Part shown: positions 1-9,959 of the stretch, piece after piece
Layout of the letters: every line of letters starts with the position of its first letter
How positions within the stretch are numbered: position 1 is the stretch's first letter
Translations under genes and position numbers: made by a program
From: an uncultured Actinomycetota bacterium
GTDB lineage: Bacteria > Actinomycetota > Actinomycetes > CAWDCV01
DNA length: 64,000 nt
Direction: 5' to 3'
NCBI GenBank assembly: GCA_963801015.1
Contig: CAWDCV010000002.1
Span: 1,060,118 to 1,124,117, forward strand
Notes under the pieces: model-generated
Seen by the model: only the letters and a program-made list of their open reading frames with translations
Told to the model about the DNA's origin: nothing
Databases searched by the model: none

Positions 1-1012
1 AGCCGAAGACGTCGCGCATGTAGTCCTCGCGCGGATGGCAGTGCACCGACAGGTTGCCACCGTCGACGGTGTCCAAGTAGTCGAAGCGGATCGGGAACGA
101 CGTGCCGAACATGTCGTGCACCGCAGCACCGAGGATGTCGACCGGATGGCGCGCAACGATCGCCTGGAACGGCAGCTCCACAGCGCCTGCAGCGTTACCG
201 CAGAGGACGCCGCTCTCCGGTGCGATCAGCTCGTACCCGAGCGCGGTGTTGGGCGCGTCCGTGTTCATGTCCAGCTGGCGCTGCCCCCAGTGGCCGCCCC
301 AGGGCGTGGTGTTGAACGTGGGCCGAGTCCGGAAAGGTCGGCGCACGAGCGCCTCCACGGTCTGCTGCAGCGTCGACCGATCGATGGACGCCGGCATCGA
401 CGGCTGCTGCAGATCGAACCAACGATCGACACGCGGCCAGATCTCGTCGCGATGCCGATCGAGCAGCGGCCAGTCGATGTAGAACAGCCGCTTGGTGGTC
501 GCCGGACCGTCCGCCGCAGACCTGCCGAGGTTGACGCCACCGCCCGCTGAGATCGCTGCCTCGGCAAAGCGTTTCGGCAGATCGACGTACCACAGCACGT
601 GGTGCGGAGCCAGTGCGGCGCCCGGACCGAACGCAATGGTGAGGCCTGCGTCTGGCGGTTGCGGCGCCGGGAGCCGGTCGAAGAGCTGCGCGAGATCACC
701 CGTCGCGAGGTGATCGAAGTCGGGGTCGTCCGCAAGGGCGACGGATGCTGTTCTGCGCACCAGCTCTGGCCACGGAACCAGGCAGCGCCGGACGTCAAAC
801 CACGTCACGGCCAGGCCCGGTGTCGCTCGACCGACCTCCTCGACGAGGTGATCCCAGTCGACAGCGGCCGGACCGTCAATGGCGAGCGTCGTGGGACCGC
901 TGCCCACCATCGAGGAGAGCTCGGCGATCGGCATATCCCAGCCGGTCGTCACCGACCCACCGACCGTCGGGTAGTGCGGGTTCGGCTCGTACGGTGGGGG
1001 GACGGTCGGCAT
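1..1012 (-). CDS. cupin-fold sugar isomerase-like protein (C-terminal part resembles class I mannose-6-phosphate isomerase; ~230-aa N-terminal extension); 3' end lies beyond window start
   Basis: The minus-strand frame is open from the window edge up to an ATG at 1010-1012 (MPTVPPYEPNPHYPTVGG...) with a stop just upstream; GC3 is ~80%. The distal part ...TPWGGHWGQ..ALGYELIAPESGVLCGNA..FPIRFDYLDTVDGGNLSVHCHP matches the PMI type I N-terminal region including the (Q/H)VHP metal motif. It is absent from the ORF track only because it runs off the edge. Confidence 0.5.
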   Translation of the reverse strand, partial: MPTVPPPYEPNPHYPTVGGSVTTGWDMPIAELSSMVGSGPTTLAIDGPAAVDWDHLVEEVGRATPGLAVTWFDVRRCLVPWPELVRRTASVALADDPDFDHLATGDLAQLFDRLPAPQPPDAGLTIAFGPGAALAPHHVLWYVDLPKRFAEAAISAGGGVNLGRSAADGPATTKRLFYIDWPLLDRHRDEIWPRVDRWFDLQQPSMPASIDRSTLQQTVEALVRRPFRTRPTFNTTPWGGHWGQRQLDMNTDAPNTALGYELIAPESGVLCGNAAGAVELPFQAIVARHPVDILGAAVHDMFGTSFPIRFDYLDTVDGGNLSVHCHPREDYMRDVFG

Positions 1013-1129
1013 CACCGGCCATTCGATCACCGGCTCTCATGCGTCAACAAGGATCACCAGCTCTCAAACCCAACCGATGAAGGGAGTCGTCGTATCGACG
1101 GCCATGCTGTTCGTACTGTTCGGGACCAG

Positions 1130-2299
1130 GTGCGGCGCCTCATGGACGCGCACTGGCTCGAGGACCGCGGGTACTGCGTGCCCAACCCGGCGGTCTACCC
1201 GCACCTGTGGCTGTGGGACTCCTGCTTCCACGCCATCATCTGGGCGCACCTGGGCGACGATCGCGCTCCGCGAGAGCTGGCTGCCGTCCTCGACGGTCAA
1301 CTGCCCGACGGGCTCGTGCCGCACATGCGTTATGGCGGAGAACCGCCCGACACCTGGCTCGGCCCGCGGGCCGCGACGTCCTCGCTGGCGCAGCCGCCGA
1401 TCTTCGGGCACACCATCCGCGTCCTGATGGACTCCGGTTTCGACGTGTCCTCGCAGGTGTTCGGCAAGGCTCGCCGCGGGCTCGACTGGCTCTGGTCGCA
1501 CCGCCGCACGGAGCAGGGTCTGATCTACGTCGTCCATCCGTGGGAGGCGGGCAACGATCACTCGCCGCGCTGGGATGACTGGGGAGCACCGGGGCAGACC
1601 CCTGCCGGCTACGACCGCTTGGCGCGGACTTCGTGGAACAAGGCCCTCATGCACGACGTGACGTTCACCGCGGACGGCGCCGCGGCCTGGTCATCGCGAC
1701 TGGTGGCCTGCCCGGCCGGGTTCAATGCCTACGTCGCCTTTGCCATGGCGGAGTTGGGAGAAGCGCTCGCCGACGAGGAGCTCACGAGCAGGGCGCGCAG
1801 CGTGAGCGCCGCCATGGACCGACACCTCTGGAACGACGACGAGCAGCTGTGGGACGACCTTGCGGTCGTCGGCGGCGGTCCGTCCGTCAGCGTGCCGATC
1901 AGCGACGGAGTGATGGGGGCGCTGGTCACCGATGACCCGAAGCGAGCGATCGCCGCGCTCGACCAGCTCGACCGGCCCGACCGGTTCGGTGCCGAGTTCG
2001 GGCCGGCCAACGTCGCGCGCACCCATCCGGCGTACGACCCAGTCATGTACTGGCGCGGTCCGACGTGGCCGCAGCTCAACTACCTGCTCTGGCTGGCGCA
2101 GCGGCGCTGGGGACGAGTACCGCAGGCCGACGACCTGGCCGCGCGGACGGTCGCTGGCGCGCAGATGAGTGGCCTGGCGGAGTACTGGCAGGCCGAGACC
2201 GGTCGCGGACTGGGTGCGATCCCTCAGTCCTGGACCGGACTCATCGTCACGATGGGTGCATCGGCGGCAGACGGAGAGGCTCTGGCCTCCGACCGCTAG
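1130..2299 (+). CDS. glycoside hydrolase family 63-like (mannosylglycerate/glucosylglycerate hydrolase-like, MGH family)
   Basis: Translation ...YPHLWLWDSCFHAIIWAHLGDD...VVHPWEAGNDHSPRWD...YWRGPTWPQLNYLLWLA is typical of GH63/MGH (alpha/alpha)6 hydrolases. The 5' 500 nt of the 599..2299 track ORF is not protein-like and overlaps the opposite-strand gene; start taken at GTG 1130 (ATG 1142 is an alternative). Confidence 0.7.
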   Translation: MRRLMDAHWLEDRGYCVPNPAVYPHLWLWDSCFHAIIWAHLGDDRAPRELAAVLDGQLPDGLVPHMRYGGEPPDTWLGPRAATSSLAQPPIFGHTIRVLMDSGFDVSSQVFGKARRGLDWLWSHRRTEQGLIYVVHPWEAGNDHSPRWDDWGAPGQTPAGYDRLARTSWNKALMHDVTFTADGAAAWSSRLVACPAGFNAYVAFAMAELGEALADEELTSRARSVSAAMDRHLWNDDEQLWDDLAVVGGGPSVSVPISDGVMGALVTDDPKRAIAALDQLDRPDRFGAEFGPANVARTHPAYDPVMYWRGPTWPQLNYLLWLAQRRWGRVPQADDLAARTVAGAQMSGLAEYWQAETGRGLGAIPQSWTGLIVTMGASAADGEALASDR

Positions 2300-2351
2300 C
2301 AAGACTAAAGTCGACGCGGACGCGACAGAAGCATCCGTCCTTTAGCGCTTA

Positions 2352-3566
2352 TTGACAGGGAGCCCGGTGCCTCGTGCCGGTGTCACCACATCCGCCGGGC
2401 ACATCGTGCAGATGGTGCGTTCCGGCGAGGTGCGCACGCGCCGGGAAGTCCAGGAAGCGACCGGACTGTCCCGGTCGACGGTGTTCGTCCGGCTCGCCGA
2501 ACTCATGGCCGCGGGGTACCTGCGTGAGTCCGGCTCACGCCCCGGCGCTGCGGGCCGGCCATCCGGCATCCTGTCGTTCGACGAGAGCGACAAGCTGGTC
2601 CTCCTCGCCGACCTCGGCGCCACCCACAGCCGGCTCGCGCTCCAGGACGCCGGCGGCGAGGTGCTCGCCGAGTCGACCAAGGAGATGCTCATCGATTCCG
2701 GGCCTGAGCCGGTGCTGCACGCTGTGCGGGACGGGTTTCGAGCTCTGTTCCGTAAGAGTGGGCGGCCCCTGACGCAGCTGCAGGGCATCGGTGTGGGACT
2801 GCCCGGACCGGTCGACTTCGCGACCGGCCGCCCGAACCAGCCGCCACTCATGCCCGGCTGGCACGACTATCCGGTACCGCAGGCGCTCCAGCAGTGGTTC
2901 CACGTTCCTGTCATCGTCGACAACGACGCCAACCTCATGGGTCTCGGCGAGGCCCGCAGCCGCTTCCCGGACGTCCCGAGCCTGCTGTTCGTCAAGGTGG
3001 GTACGGGCATCGGGGCCGGGGTCATCCTGCACGGTCGCCCCGAGCGCGGCCTCGCCGGCGGCGCTGGGGACATCGGCCACATCCGCATCGCACATCCCGA
3101 CGGGCCGCGGCGCTGCGCCTGCGGTTCGGTCGGCTGCTTGGCCGCGCACGCCAGCGGCGGCGCCCTTGCACGTCAGCTCACCGAGCGCGGCGTACCCGCG
3201 GCATCGAGCAGGGACGTGGTGAACCTCGTCCATGCCGGGCACCCCGAAGCCATCGCCCTGGTGCGTACCGCCGGCCGGCTGCTCGGCGAGGTTCTCGCGA
3301 CGGCGGTGGCGCTGCTCAACCCCGGCGTGGTCGTCCTCAGCGGTGACATGGCCAACACGCACGAGCACTTCCTCGTCGGCGTACGGGAGGTGTTGTACGA
3401 GCGCACGCTGCCACTCGCGACCCGAGACCTCGTCATCACCACCAGCGCACTCGGCAGTCAGGCGGGCGTGGAGGGCGCCCGCCGGCTGGTGCTCGATTCC
3501 GTCTTCTCTGCCGAGGCGATCGACGATCGACTACGAGGAGCAGCAGCGGAGCGCCTGACATCCTGA
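2352..3566 (+). CDS. ROK family transcriptional regulator (NagC/XylR-type)
   Basis: N-terminal wHTH (VRTRREVQEATGLSRSTVFVRLAELMAAGYL), ROK sugar-kinase-like core (LGIGVGLPGPVD, DNDANLMGLGE) and the CxCGxxGC zinc motif (RRCACGSVGCL). Confidence 0.85.
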   Translation: MTGSPVPRAGVTTSAGHIVQMVRSGEVRTRREVQEATGLSRSTVFVRLAELMAAGYLRESGSRPGAAGRPSGILSFDESDKLVLLADLGATHSRLALQDAGGEVLAESTKEMLIDSGPEPVLHAVRDGFRALFRKSGRPLTQLQGIGVGLPGPVDFATGRPNQPPLMPGWHDYPVPQALQQWFHVPVIVDNDANLMGLGEARSRFPDVPSLLFVKVGTGIGAGVILHGRPERGLAGGAGDIGHIRIAHPDGPRRCACGSVGCLAAHASGGALARQLTERGVPAASSRDVVNLVHAGHPEAIALVRTAGRLLGEVLATAVALLNPGVVVLSGDMANTHEHFLVGVREVLYERTLPLATRDLVITTSALGSQAGVEGARRLVLDSVFSAEAIDDRLRGAAAERLTS

Positions 3567-3570
3567 AGGC

Positions 3571-4986
3571 ATGACAGCGCACCCAGAGCGCCGCGTCATC
3601 ACGGTCGCCGATCGCCGCGGCTACGAGTCACTGCTCGACCGGAGCGTGCCGCGCAGCGAGCGCTACGCATTGGGGCGCGCACTCCGTAAGCAGGTGCCGC
3701 GCTCGTCGCTGTCGACCTGGGCATCGCTGCCTGCTCGGGAGGACGCCGTCGAGCAGGTCCTCCGCGCTCACGAGGATCGGCTCGACTGGCTCATTCCCGT
3801 CCGAATCGGCCGCATGATCGCGTCGCCGTACGCGTTCCTGCGCGGGACCGCCGGCATCATGGCGACGGACTTCGCCGATCTCCCGGTCACCGGCATCACA
3901 CCCGTCATCTGCGGTGACGCGCACCTCGGCAACTTCGGCTTCTACGCCTCTCCGGAGCGCGACCTCGTCTTCGATCTCAACGACTTCGACGAGGCGCATC
4001 CGGGTCCGTGGGAGTGGGACCTGCGCCGCCTCACCGCCAGCGTCTGGGTTGCCGGGCGACAGAACGGTTCGCGTGAGGACGATTGCGCCACCGCCGTCCG
4101 CACCTGCCTGCGGACCTACCGCCAGCACATCCGGCACCTCGCTCAGGAACCGCTGCTCATCCGCTCGTACGAACGGCTCGACGTCGACCGCTTCCAGCAG
4201 GCGACATCTGATCGTCGACTGCAGAACGAGATCGAGCGCGCCGCCCGACGAGCCCGCACCCGCACGAGCGACCGTGCCCTGCCACGGCTGACCGAGCAGC
4301 GCGACGGGCGATTGCGCATCGTCGAGCAGCCGCCGCTCATCACGCGCGTCAGTGACGCCGACGCGGCGCTGATCGGCGAGGCACTCGACGCGTACCTGCG
4401 CACGCTGCCACTGCAATGGCGGCGCATCCTGGCTGGCTACACGGTGATCGACATCGCGCACAAGGTCGTCGGCGTGGGCAGCGTCGGGTTGCGCGCCTAT
4501 GTGGCCCTGTGCGAAGGCAGCAGCCCGGATGACGTCGTCTTCCTGCAGTTGAAGCAGGCGCGCCGATCAGTCGTCGCGCCGTACGTCCACGGCGAGTCGG
4601 CACTGCACGCGCACCAGGGCCAGCGCGTCGTCGAGTACCAGCAGGCGCTGCAGACCGTCAGCGACCCGCTGCTCGGGTGGACCACCGTCGAGGACCGGCA
4701 GTACTACGTGCGCCAATTCCGCGACATGAAGGGCGCGATCTCCGTCGATGGGATCGACCCATCAACCCTGGCCGACTACGCCGGTGTCTGCGGCCAGCTG
4801 CTCGCCAAGGGCCATGCGCGGACCACCGGCGCGTCGATGATCGCCGGGTACGTCGGGAAGTCGTCGAAGCTCGACGTGGCGCTATCGCGCTTCGCCCGGT
4901 CGTACGCCGACCAGACCGAGCGCGACTACCAGGCGATGGTCGATGCGGTCCGTCGTGGCCAGCTCCCGGCCGAACGCTCCACCTGA
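3571..4986 (+). CDS. DUF2252 domain-containing protein
   Basis: 471-aa ORF with DUF2252 hallmarks (ICGDAHLGNFGFY, FDLNDFDEAHPGPWEWDLRRL); ATG start 4 nt after the ROK stop. Confidence 0.75.
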   Translation: MTAHPERRVITVADRRGYESLLDRSVPRSERYALGRALRKQVPRSSLSTWASLPAREDAVEQVLRAHEDRLDWLIPVRIGRMIASPYAFLRGTAGIMATDFADLPVTGITPVICGDAHLGNFGFYASPERDLVFDLNDFDEAHPGPWEWDLRRLTASVWVAGRQNGSREDDCATAVRTCLRTYRQHIRHLAQEPLLIRSYERLDVDRFQQATSDRRLQNEIERAARRARTRTSDRALPRLTEQRDGRLRIVEQPPLITRVSDADAALIGEALDAYLRTLPLQWRRILAGYTVIDIAHKVVGVGSVGLRAYVALCEGSSPDDVVFLQLKQARRSVVAPYVHGESALHAHQGQRVVEYQQALQTVSDPLLGWTTVEDRQYYVRQFRDMKGAISVDGIDPSTLADYAGVCGQLLAKGHARTTGASMIAGYVGKSSKLDVALSRFARSYADQTERDYQAMVDAVRRGQLPAERST

Positions 4987-5004
4987 CGATTTCGAGGTCG
5001 ACGC

Positions 5005-5109
5005 ATGAGTTCACTGGCCGGGCGGCGCTGGATGCGAGCGCTCGGCACCGGGTTGATCAACGGCCTGCTGGGTCTGGTGGTCGTCCTGCTCGAGGCGAGC
5101 CTGCAGTGA
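5005..5109 (+). CDS. hypothetical small membrane peptide (34 aa)
   Basis: ATG ORF MSSLAGRRWMRALGTGLINGLLGLVVVLLEASLQ containing one TM helix, located in the intergenic gap; speculative. Confidence 0.2.
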   Translation: MSSLAGRRWMRALGTGLINGLLGLVVVLLEASLQ

Positions 5110-5137
5110 CTCGTACGACCCCTGCTTTTCCGACGGG

Positions 5138-5677
5138 ATGGCAGCGTGGAATCATCCGAACGTGAGCTACCAGCCGAGCATGAACGATCCCAACTATCCC
5201 GGCAACGACTCCACGCAGCCGCGGGCGGTCCTCGAGGCCGGTCGGCTGTGGACGGGCGGCGTGGCCACCGCCATCGTGGCGGCGCTCATCGCCGTCCTCG
5301 GCGTCCTGGTCGTTCGCGGGGTCCTTGACGTCCCACTCCTCGCGCCCACCGAAGCCGGGACCCTCGGCGACTCGAGCACGCTCATGCTCGCGCTGCTCGC
5401 CGCGCTCGCGGCGCTGCTGGCGACCGGCCTCATGCACGTGCTGCTGCTGTCCACGCCCCGACCGTGGCAGTTCTTCAACGCGATCATCACCCTGCTGACG
5501 CTGATTGCCGCCGTGCTGCCGTTCCTCAGCGGAGCCGAGCGCGCGTCGAAGGTGGCGACTGCCGTCATCATCATCGTCATCGGCGCGACGATCGGGGCGC
5601 TGCTCAACGGAGTGGCGCGCAGCGCGGTCAAGGTGCGTCGCGCGGCGCCGCCGAACTATCCCCCGACGGGTTACTGA
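5138..5677 (+). CDS. hypothetical integral membrane protein (4 predicted TM segments)
   Basis: 179-aa ORF with an N-terminal NDPNYPGNDSTQP region followed by four hydrophobic helices and strong GC3 bias; the true start may be ATG 5180 (MNDPNYPG). Confidence 0.6.
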   Translation: MAAWNHPNVSYQPSMNDPNYPGNDSTQPRAVLEAGRLWTGGVATAIVAALIAVLGVLVVRGVLDVPLLAPTEAGTLGDSSTLMLALLAALAALLATGLMHVLLLSTPRPWQFFNAIITLLTLIAAVLPFLSGAERASKVATAVIIIVIGATIGALLNGVARSAVKVRRAAPPNYPPTGY

Positions 5678-5715
5678 GCGCCCATAACTGCCGAGTCACC
5701 GTTAACCTCAGGGGT

Positions 5716-5983
5716 ATGTGCCGCAACATCACTGCCCTGCGCGGGCTCGAGCCGTCGGCGACGCCCGAGGAGATCAGCGCTGCTGCGCTGCAGTACGTCC
5801 GCAAGGTCGCGGGGATCTCCACCGTGACGCCGCAGCACCGCCGACGCCGTCGATCGCGCCGTGCGCCGCATCGCCGAGGCGACTGTCGACCTGATCGAGG
5901 AGCTGCCGGAGCGCCGCACTCCGCCGCCCACCGAGCCGCCCATGCGACGCCGCGCGGATCATCGCCACGCGGTGACTGCCTGA
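5716..5983 (+). pseudogene. DUF2277 family protein, frame disrupted (apparent -1/+1 indel near 5830-5845)
   Basis: MCRNITALRGLEPSATPEEISAAALQYVRKVAGIS is the conserved DUF2277 N-terminus. The conserved C-terminus (ADAVDRAVRRIAEATVDLIEELPERRTPPPTEPP...TA*) continues in a different frame ending TGA 5981-5983, whereas the original frame runs into an Arg-rich nonsense tail. Confidence 0.7.
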
Positions 5984-5990
5984 CGATCAC

Positions 5991-7705
5991 TCACCGCACG
6001 ACACGTCGATAGACGCGGGCCTCCCACGGCCGCAGCTCGATCGCGCCACTGCTGCCTGCCTCTTCGGGCGCCGAATAGTTGCCGAGGATGAGCTCTTCCC
6101 GCGCCCAAGATGCGGCGGCCGGGACCGGAGCCTCGACGGTGCCGGCGGAGAAGTTGCCGAGCACGAGCAGCGTGACGTCGTCGAGGGAGCGGGTGAATGC
6201 GTAGACGTTGTCGTCGTCCGGGAGCAGCATCTGGAAGTCGCCCTCCGCGACGACCGGCTCGCTGTGACGCAGCGCGATCACCCGCCGGTAGTGATGCAGC
6301 ACCGAGTCCGGGTCGCCCATGGCGTCGGAGACATTGATCTCGGGAAAGTTCGGCTGGACGGGGATCCATGGCGTTGCGGTGCTGAATCCCGCGTTCGGCG
6401 TGTCGTCCCAGTGCATCGGCGTGCGCGCGTTGTCGCGACTCATCGTTCGCAGACTTCTGAGTACGGTGTCGGGCGCTTCGCCAAGAACACCGACGGCATC
6501 GGCATAGTGGTTCAGCGACTCGACGTCCCGGAAGTCATCGATGCTGTCGAATGCGGCATTCGTCATGCCGATCTCTTCACCTTGATAGACATACGGCGTT
6601 CCGCGATGTAAGTGCAGCACCGTCGCCAGCAGCTTCGCTGACTCGACGCGATAGCGCCCGTCGTCGCCGTACCGCGAGACCGCCCGCGGTTGGTCGTGGT
6701 TGTTCCAGTACAGCGAGTTCCAACCAACGTCCGCGAGACCGACCTGCCAGCGCCCGAACGTCGCCTTGAGATCCCGCATGAGCAATGGGTGGACGTCCCA
6801 CTTGGTCGCACCTGATCGAGGCGAACGTGCTCGAAGTGGAAGACCATGTCGATCTCGTGTCGAGCGGGGTCGGTGAACAGCCGTGCCTCTTCGACGGTGA
6901 CGCCCGGCATCTCCCCGACGGTGAGGTACGCATTCGCCCGATCCGCGAAGACCTCCCGGTGCAGCTCCTGAACGAACTCGTGCAGTCGCGGACCGCCGAT
7001 GTAGTACGGCGAGCCGTCAGCGAAGCGACCGCCACCGATCATGCGACCGTCCGGAAGGCTGGGCTCCTTCGAGATGAAGTTGATGACGTCCATGCGGAAG
7101 CCGTCGACGCCGCGGTCGAGCCACCAGCGCATCATCGCGTAGACGGCTTCGCGTACCTGCGGGTTCTCCCAGTTGAGGTCGGGCTGCTTGCGCGTGAACA
7201 CGTGCAGGTAGTACTCGCCGCTCGACTCGTCGAATTCCCAGGCGGAGCCGGAGAAGACGGACGCCCAGTTCGTCGGCGCGGCTCCCGGTGCGCCGGGCTC
7301 CATGCCTTCGCGCGGTGGCCGCCACCAGTACCAATCGCGCTTCGCCGACGAGCGCGAGGACCGGCTCTCGACGAACCACGGATGCTCGTCGGAGGTGTGG
7401 TTGACGACGAGATCCATCACCAGCCGCATCCCTCGGTCGTGCACGCCGGCGAGAAGCTCGTCGAAGTCGCCCAAGGTCCCGAACGTCGGCTCGATGTCCT
7501 GGTAGTTGCTGATGTCGTAACCCATGTCGTCCTGCGGCGATGCGTACACCGGCGACAACCACAGAACGTCGACACCGAGCCAGGCGAGATAGTCGAGATG
7601 CGCGGTGATGCCCGCGAGGTCACCGATGCCGTCACCGTTCGCGTCGGCGAAGCTGCGCGGCCAGATCTGATAGACGACAGCTGAATGCCACCATGCTTGA
7701 GTCAT
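5991..7705 (-). pseudogene. GH13 alpha-glucosidase (oligo-1,6-glucosidase/trehalose-6-phosphate hydrolase-like), apparent frameshift near 6811
   Basis: The N-terminal 300 aa (MTQAWWHSAVVYQIWPRSFADANGDGIGDLAGI...GFRMDVINFISK...MVFHFEHV) lies in frame 6563..8122. The C-terminal 264 aa (KWDVHPLLMRDLKATFGRWQ...NHDQPRAVSRYGDD...) lies in frame 5991..6785. The junction sits at a cc run (6811-6812) where ccc is expected. Confidence 0.8.
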
Positions 7706-7715
7706 TCGACCTGCC

Positions 7716-9959
7716 CTACGAGATTCGCTCGACGTCGAGGAGCACGAGGCGTTCGGGAAACAGCGTCGGAGCCTGGACGCCGACCTCGGCGAGCGCGCGG
7801 CCCGGCAGCTCCGGCTGCGTTGCCCACCACAGCAGCGGCGCGGTCGTCGGGCCCTCCGGGGCGTTGCCCGGCTCCAGCGGTGTGAGCCGGTACCTTCCGT
7901 CCGGGTCGAGACCGGGCAGCCGTACACGCCCTGCGGGCGATTGCACGCTGGTGCCGAGCTGGACGAGCGCGAAGATGCCGCGTGACCGGTCCGAGCTGAC
8001 GACTCCGTGCACCCACAGCTGCGGATCCGCGGCGTCGGCTCGGACGATGTCGCCGGTATGCAGCAGGTCGCGTACGTCCTTGTACAGCCCGATCCAGCGA
8101 GCGAGTTCGGCGCGCTCCGCATCGGTCGCCAGCGTGAGGTCCCATTCGATACCGAAGTGCCCGAACAGTGCGGTACCTGCGCGGAAGCCGAGCGTGTGCT
8201 GGCGACCGGTCGTATGTGAGACGGGCGATCCGACGTGGGCGCCGATCATCTCCGGCGGGACGAGCAGTGCGGTCCAGCGCTGGATGTGTTGCCGCTCCAG
8301 CGCGTCGATACAGTCCGACGCCCAGATCCGATCCGTCCGATCGAGGATGCCGAGGTCGACACGTCCCCCGCCGGAGGAGCAGGACTCGATTTCCAGCTGC
8401 GGGTGACGGGCGCGCAACTCGTCGATGAGCCGATAGACGGCGAGCGTCTGCTCGTGGACGCCGGCGGCTCCGTGCGGGCTGTGGCCCGCTTCGACGAGAT
8501 CGCGGTTGTGATCCCACTTGAGGTAATCGATGCCGTACTCGGTGACGAGTGCGTCCAGCCGCTCGAGGATGTAGTCGTACGCGTGAGTGTGCGCGAGGTC
8601 GAGAACCTGCTGCTGACGCGCTTCCGGCGGCAGTCGGTTTGCCGTTGCCATGATCCATTCCGGATGGCTGCGGGCCAGATCCGAATCCGGGTTGACCATT
8701 TCCGGCTCGACCCAGAGCCCGAACTGCAGTCCGACCTTGCGGACCCGCTCGACCAGCGGATGCAGCCCATCGGGCCACACGGTCTCGTCGACGTACCAGT
8801 CACCGAGGCCGGCGTTGTCGCTGCGGCGGCGGCGAAACCAGCCGTCGTCGACGACGAAACGCTCGGCTCCGACGTCGCCTGCCGCCTCAGCCAGCGCCGA
8901 CAACCGGTCGAGGCTCTGGTCGAAGTACACGGCTTCCCAGGTGTTGAGCGTCACCGGCCGCGGCGTACGCGGATGATGCGGGCGAGCTCGCAGGTACCGG
9001 TGGAAGCGCGCCGTCACCGCGTCGAGGCCGATGCCGTACGCGCCGAAGACCCACGGACTCGTGTACGTCTCCCACGCCGCCAGCCGGACCTCGCCGGGCA
9101 GGAGGAGCTCGCCGCCAGCGAGCAGCGATGTCCCCGCCGGCGTGCGCTCCGCGAGCAGCCGGTGGTTGCCGCTCCACGCGACGTGCACGGCCCAGATCTC
9201 ACCGCTGCGGAAGGCGAAGCCGGGCGTACCGGTGGCGAGGACAAGCGACGCGTCCGTCCCGGTACGGCCGCGCCGGTTCTCGCGCAGGTGAGTCCCGAGG
9301 GTGAAGTCGTGGCGCTGCGGGCTGCGCTCACGCAAGTGGCGTCCGGTGAGATCGAGCAGTTGGGTCGCCTCCGCCGGCACCCGAAGGGTGAGCAACACCG
9401 CGTCGAGAGAGAAGGCGCTCTCCGCTGTGTTCTGAACGGTGGCTCGCTGCCGAACCAGTCCGCTGCACGTAAGCTCGATCTCCAGCCGGAGCGCGAGGCC
9501 CGCGGTGGTGTCGGCAGCATCGATGACCAGGGAGTGCTGCACCAGCTCGTCAGCCGGTTCCGTGACGTCGAGACTGCGCAGCCGAAACGACGTGGAGAAA
9601 TCTGCGCCGTCGCGGTGTCCGGCGATCCCCGGAGTGCCCAGCCACCCGGTCGACAGTTCCGGGATAACGCTGAGTTGGACGACCTCGTCGAGGGTGTTCG
9701 TGACCAGCTGCGGCATCGAGACGTGCAGCAACGCTGCCAGGTCGTCGTCGGACAGCTCGCCGAGATCAGCACCCCAGTGCAGGACCCGCGGGAGCAGAGT
9801 CCCGCCGCAGTCGAGGAGCAGGCTCGTGCCGGCCGCCCGCAGGTGGACAAGACCGGTCGTGGACACGCCGTCATTCAAGCGGACGCCATCGAACGCGCGA
9901 GCGGTGCCGGTTGCCATCAGGATGAAGAAGTGAGCCCGCCAGTCGTGCGCGATCGACAC
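7716..9959 (-). CDS. alpha-galactosidase, GH36 family
   Basis: 747-aa ORF with GH36 motifs (VDDGWF, YLKWDHNRD, CSSGGGR); its stop lies 10 nt upstream of the GH13 start on the same strand, suggesting an operon. An alternative start is ATG 9917. Confidence 0.85.
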   Translation of the reverse strand: MSIAHDWRAHFFILMATGTARAFDGVRLNDGVSTTGLVHLRAAGTSLLLDCGGTLLPRVLHWGADLGELSDDDLAALLHVSMPQLVTNTLDEVVQLSVIPELSTGWLGTPGIAGHRDGADFSTSFRLRSLDVTEPADELVQHSLVIDAADTTAGLALRLEIELTCSGLVRQRATVQNTAESAFSLDAVLLTLRVPAEATQLLDLTGRHLRERSPQRHDFTLGTHLRENRRGRTGTDASLVLATGTPGFAFRSGEIWAVHVAWSGNHRLLAERTPAGTSLLAGGELLLPGEVRLAAWETYTSPWVFGAYGIGLDAVTARFHRYLRARPHHPRTPRPVTLNTWEAVYFDQSLDRLSALAEAAGDVGAERFVVDDGWFRRRRSDNAGLGDWYVDETVWPDGLHPLVERVRKVGLQFGLWVEPEMVNPDSDLARSHPEWIMATANRLPPEARQQQVLDLAHTHAYDYILERLDALVTEYGIDYLKWDHNRDLVEAGHSPHGAAGVHEQTLAVYRLIDELRARHPQLEIESCSSGGGRVDLGILDRTDRIWASDCIDALERQHIQRWTALLVPPEMIGAHVGSPVSHTTGRQHTLGFRAGTALFGHFGIEWDLTLATDAERAELARWIGLYKDVRDLLHTGDIVRADAADPQLWVHGVVSSDRSRGIFALVQLGTSVQSPAGRVRLPGLDPDGRYRLTPLEPGNAPEGPTTAPLLWWATQPELPGRALAEVGVQAPTLFPERLVLLDVERIS

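Noticed and set aside
599-1129. 5' extension of the GH63 ORF (track start 599)
   Set aside because: The translation is not protein-like and it overlaps the better-supported opposite-strand PMI-like gene; the GH63 start was moved to 1130.
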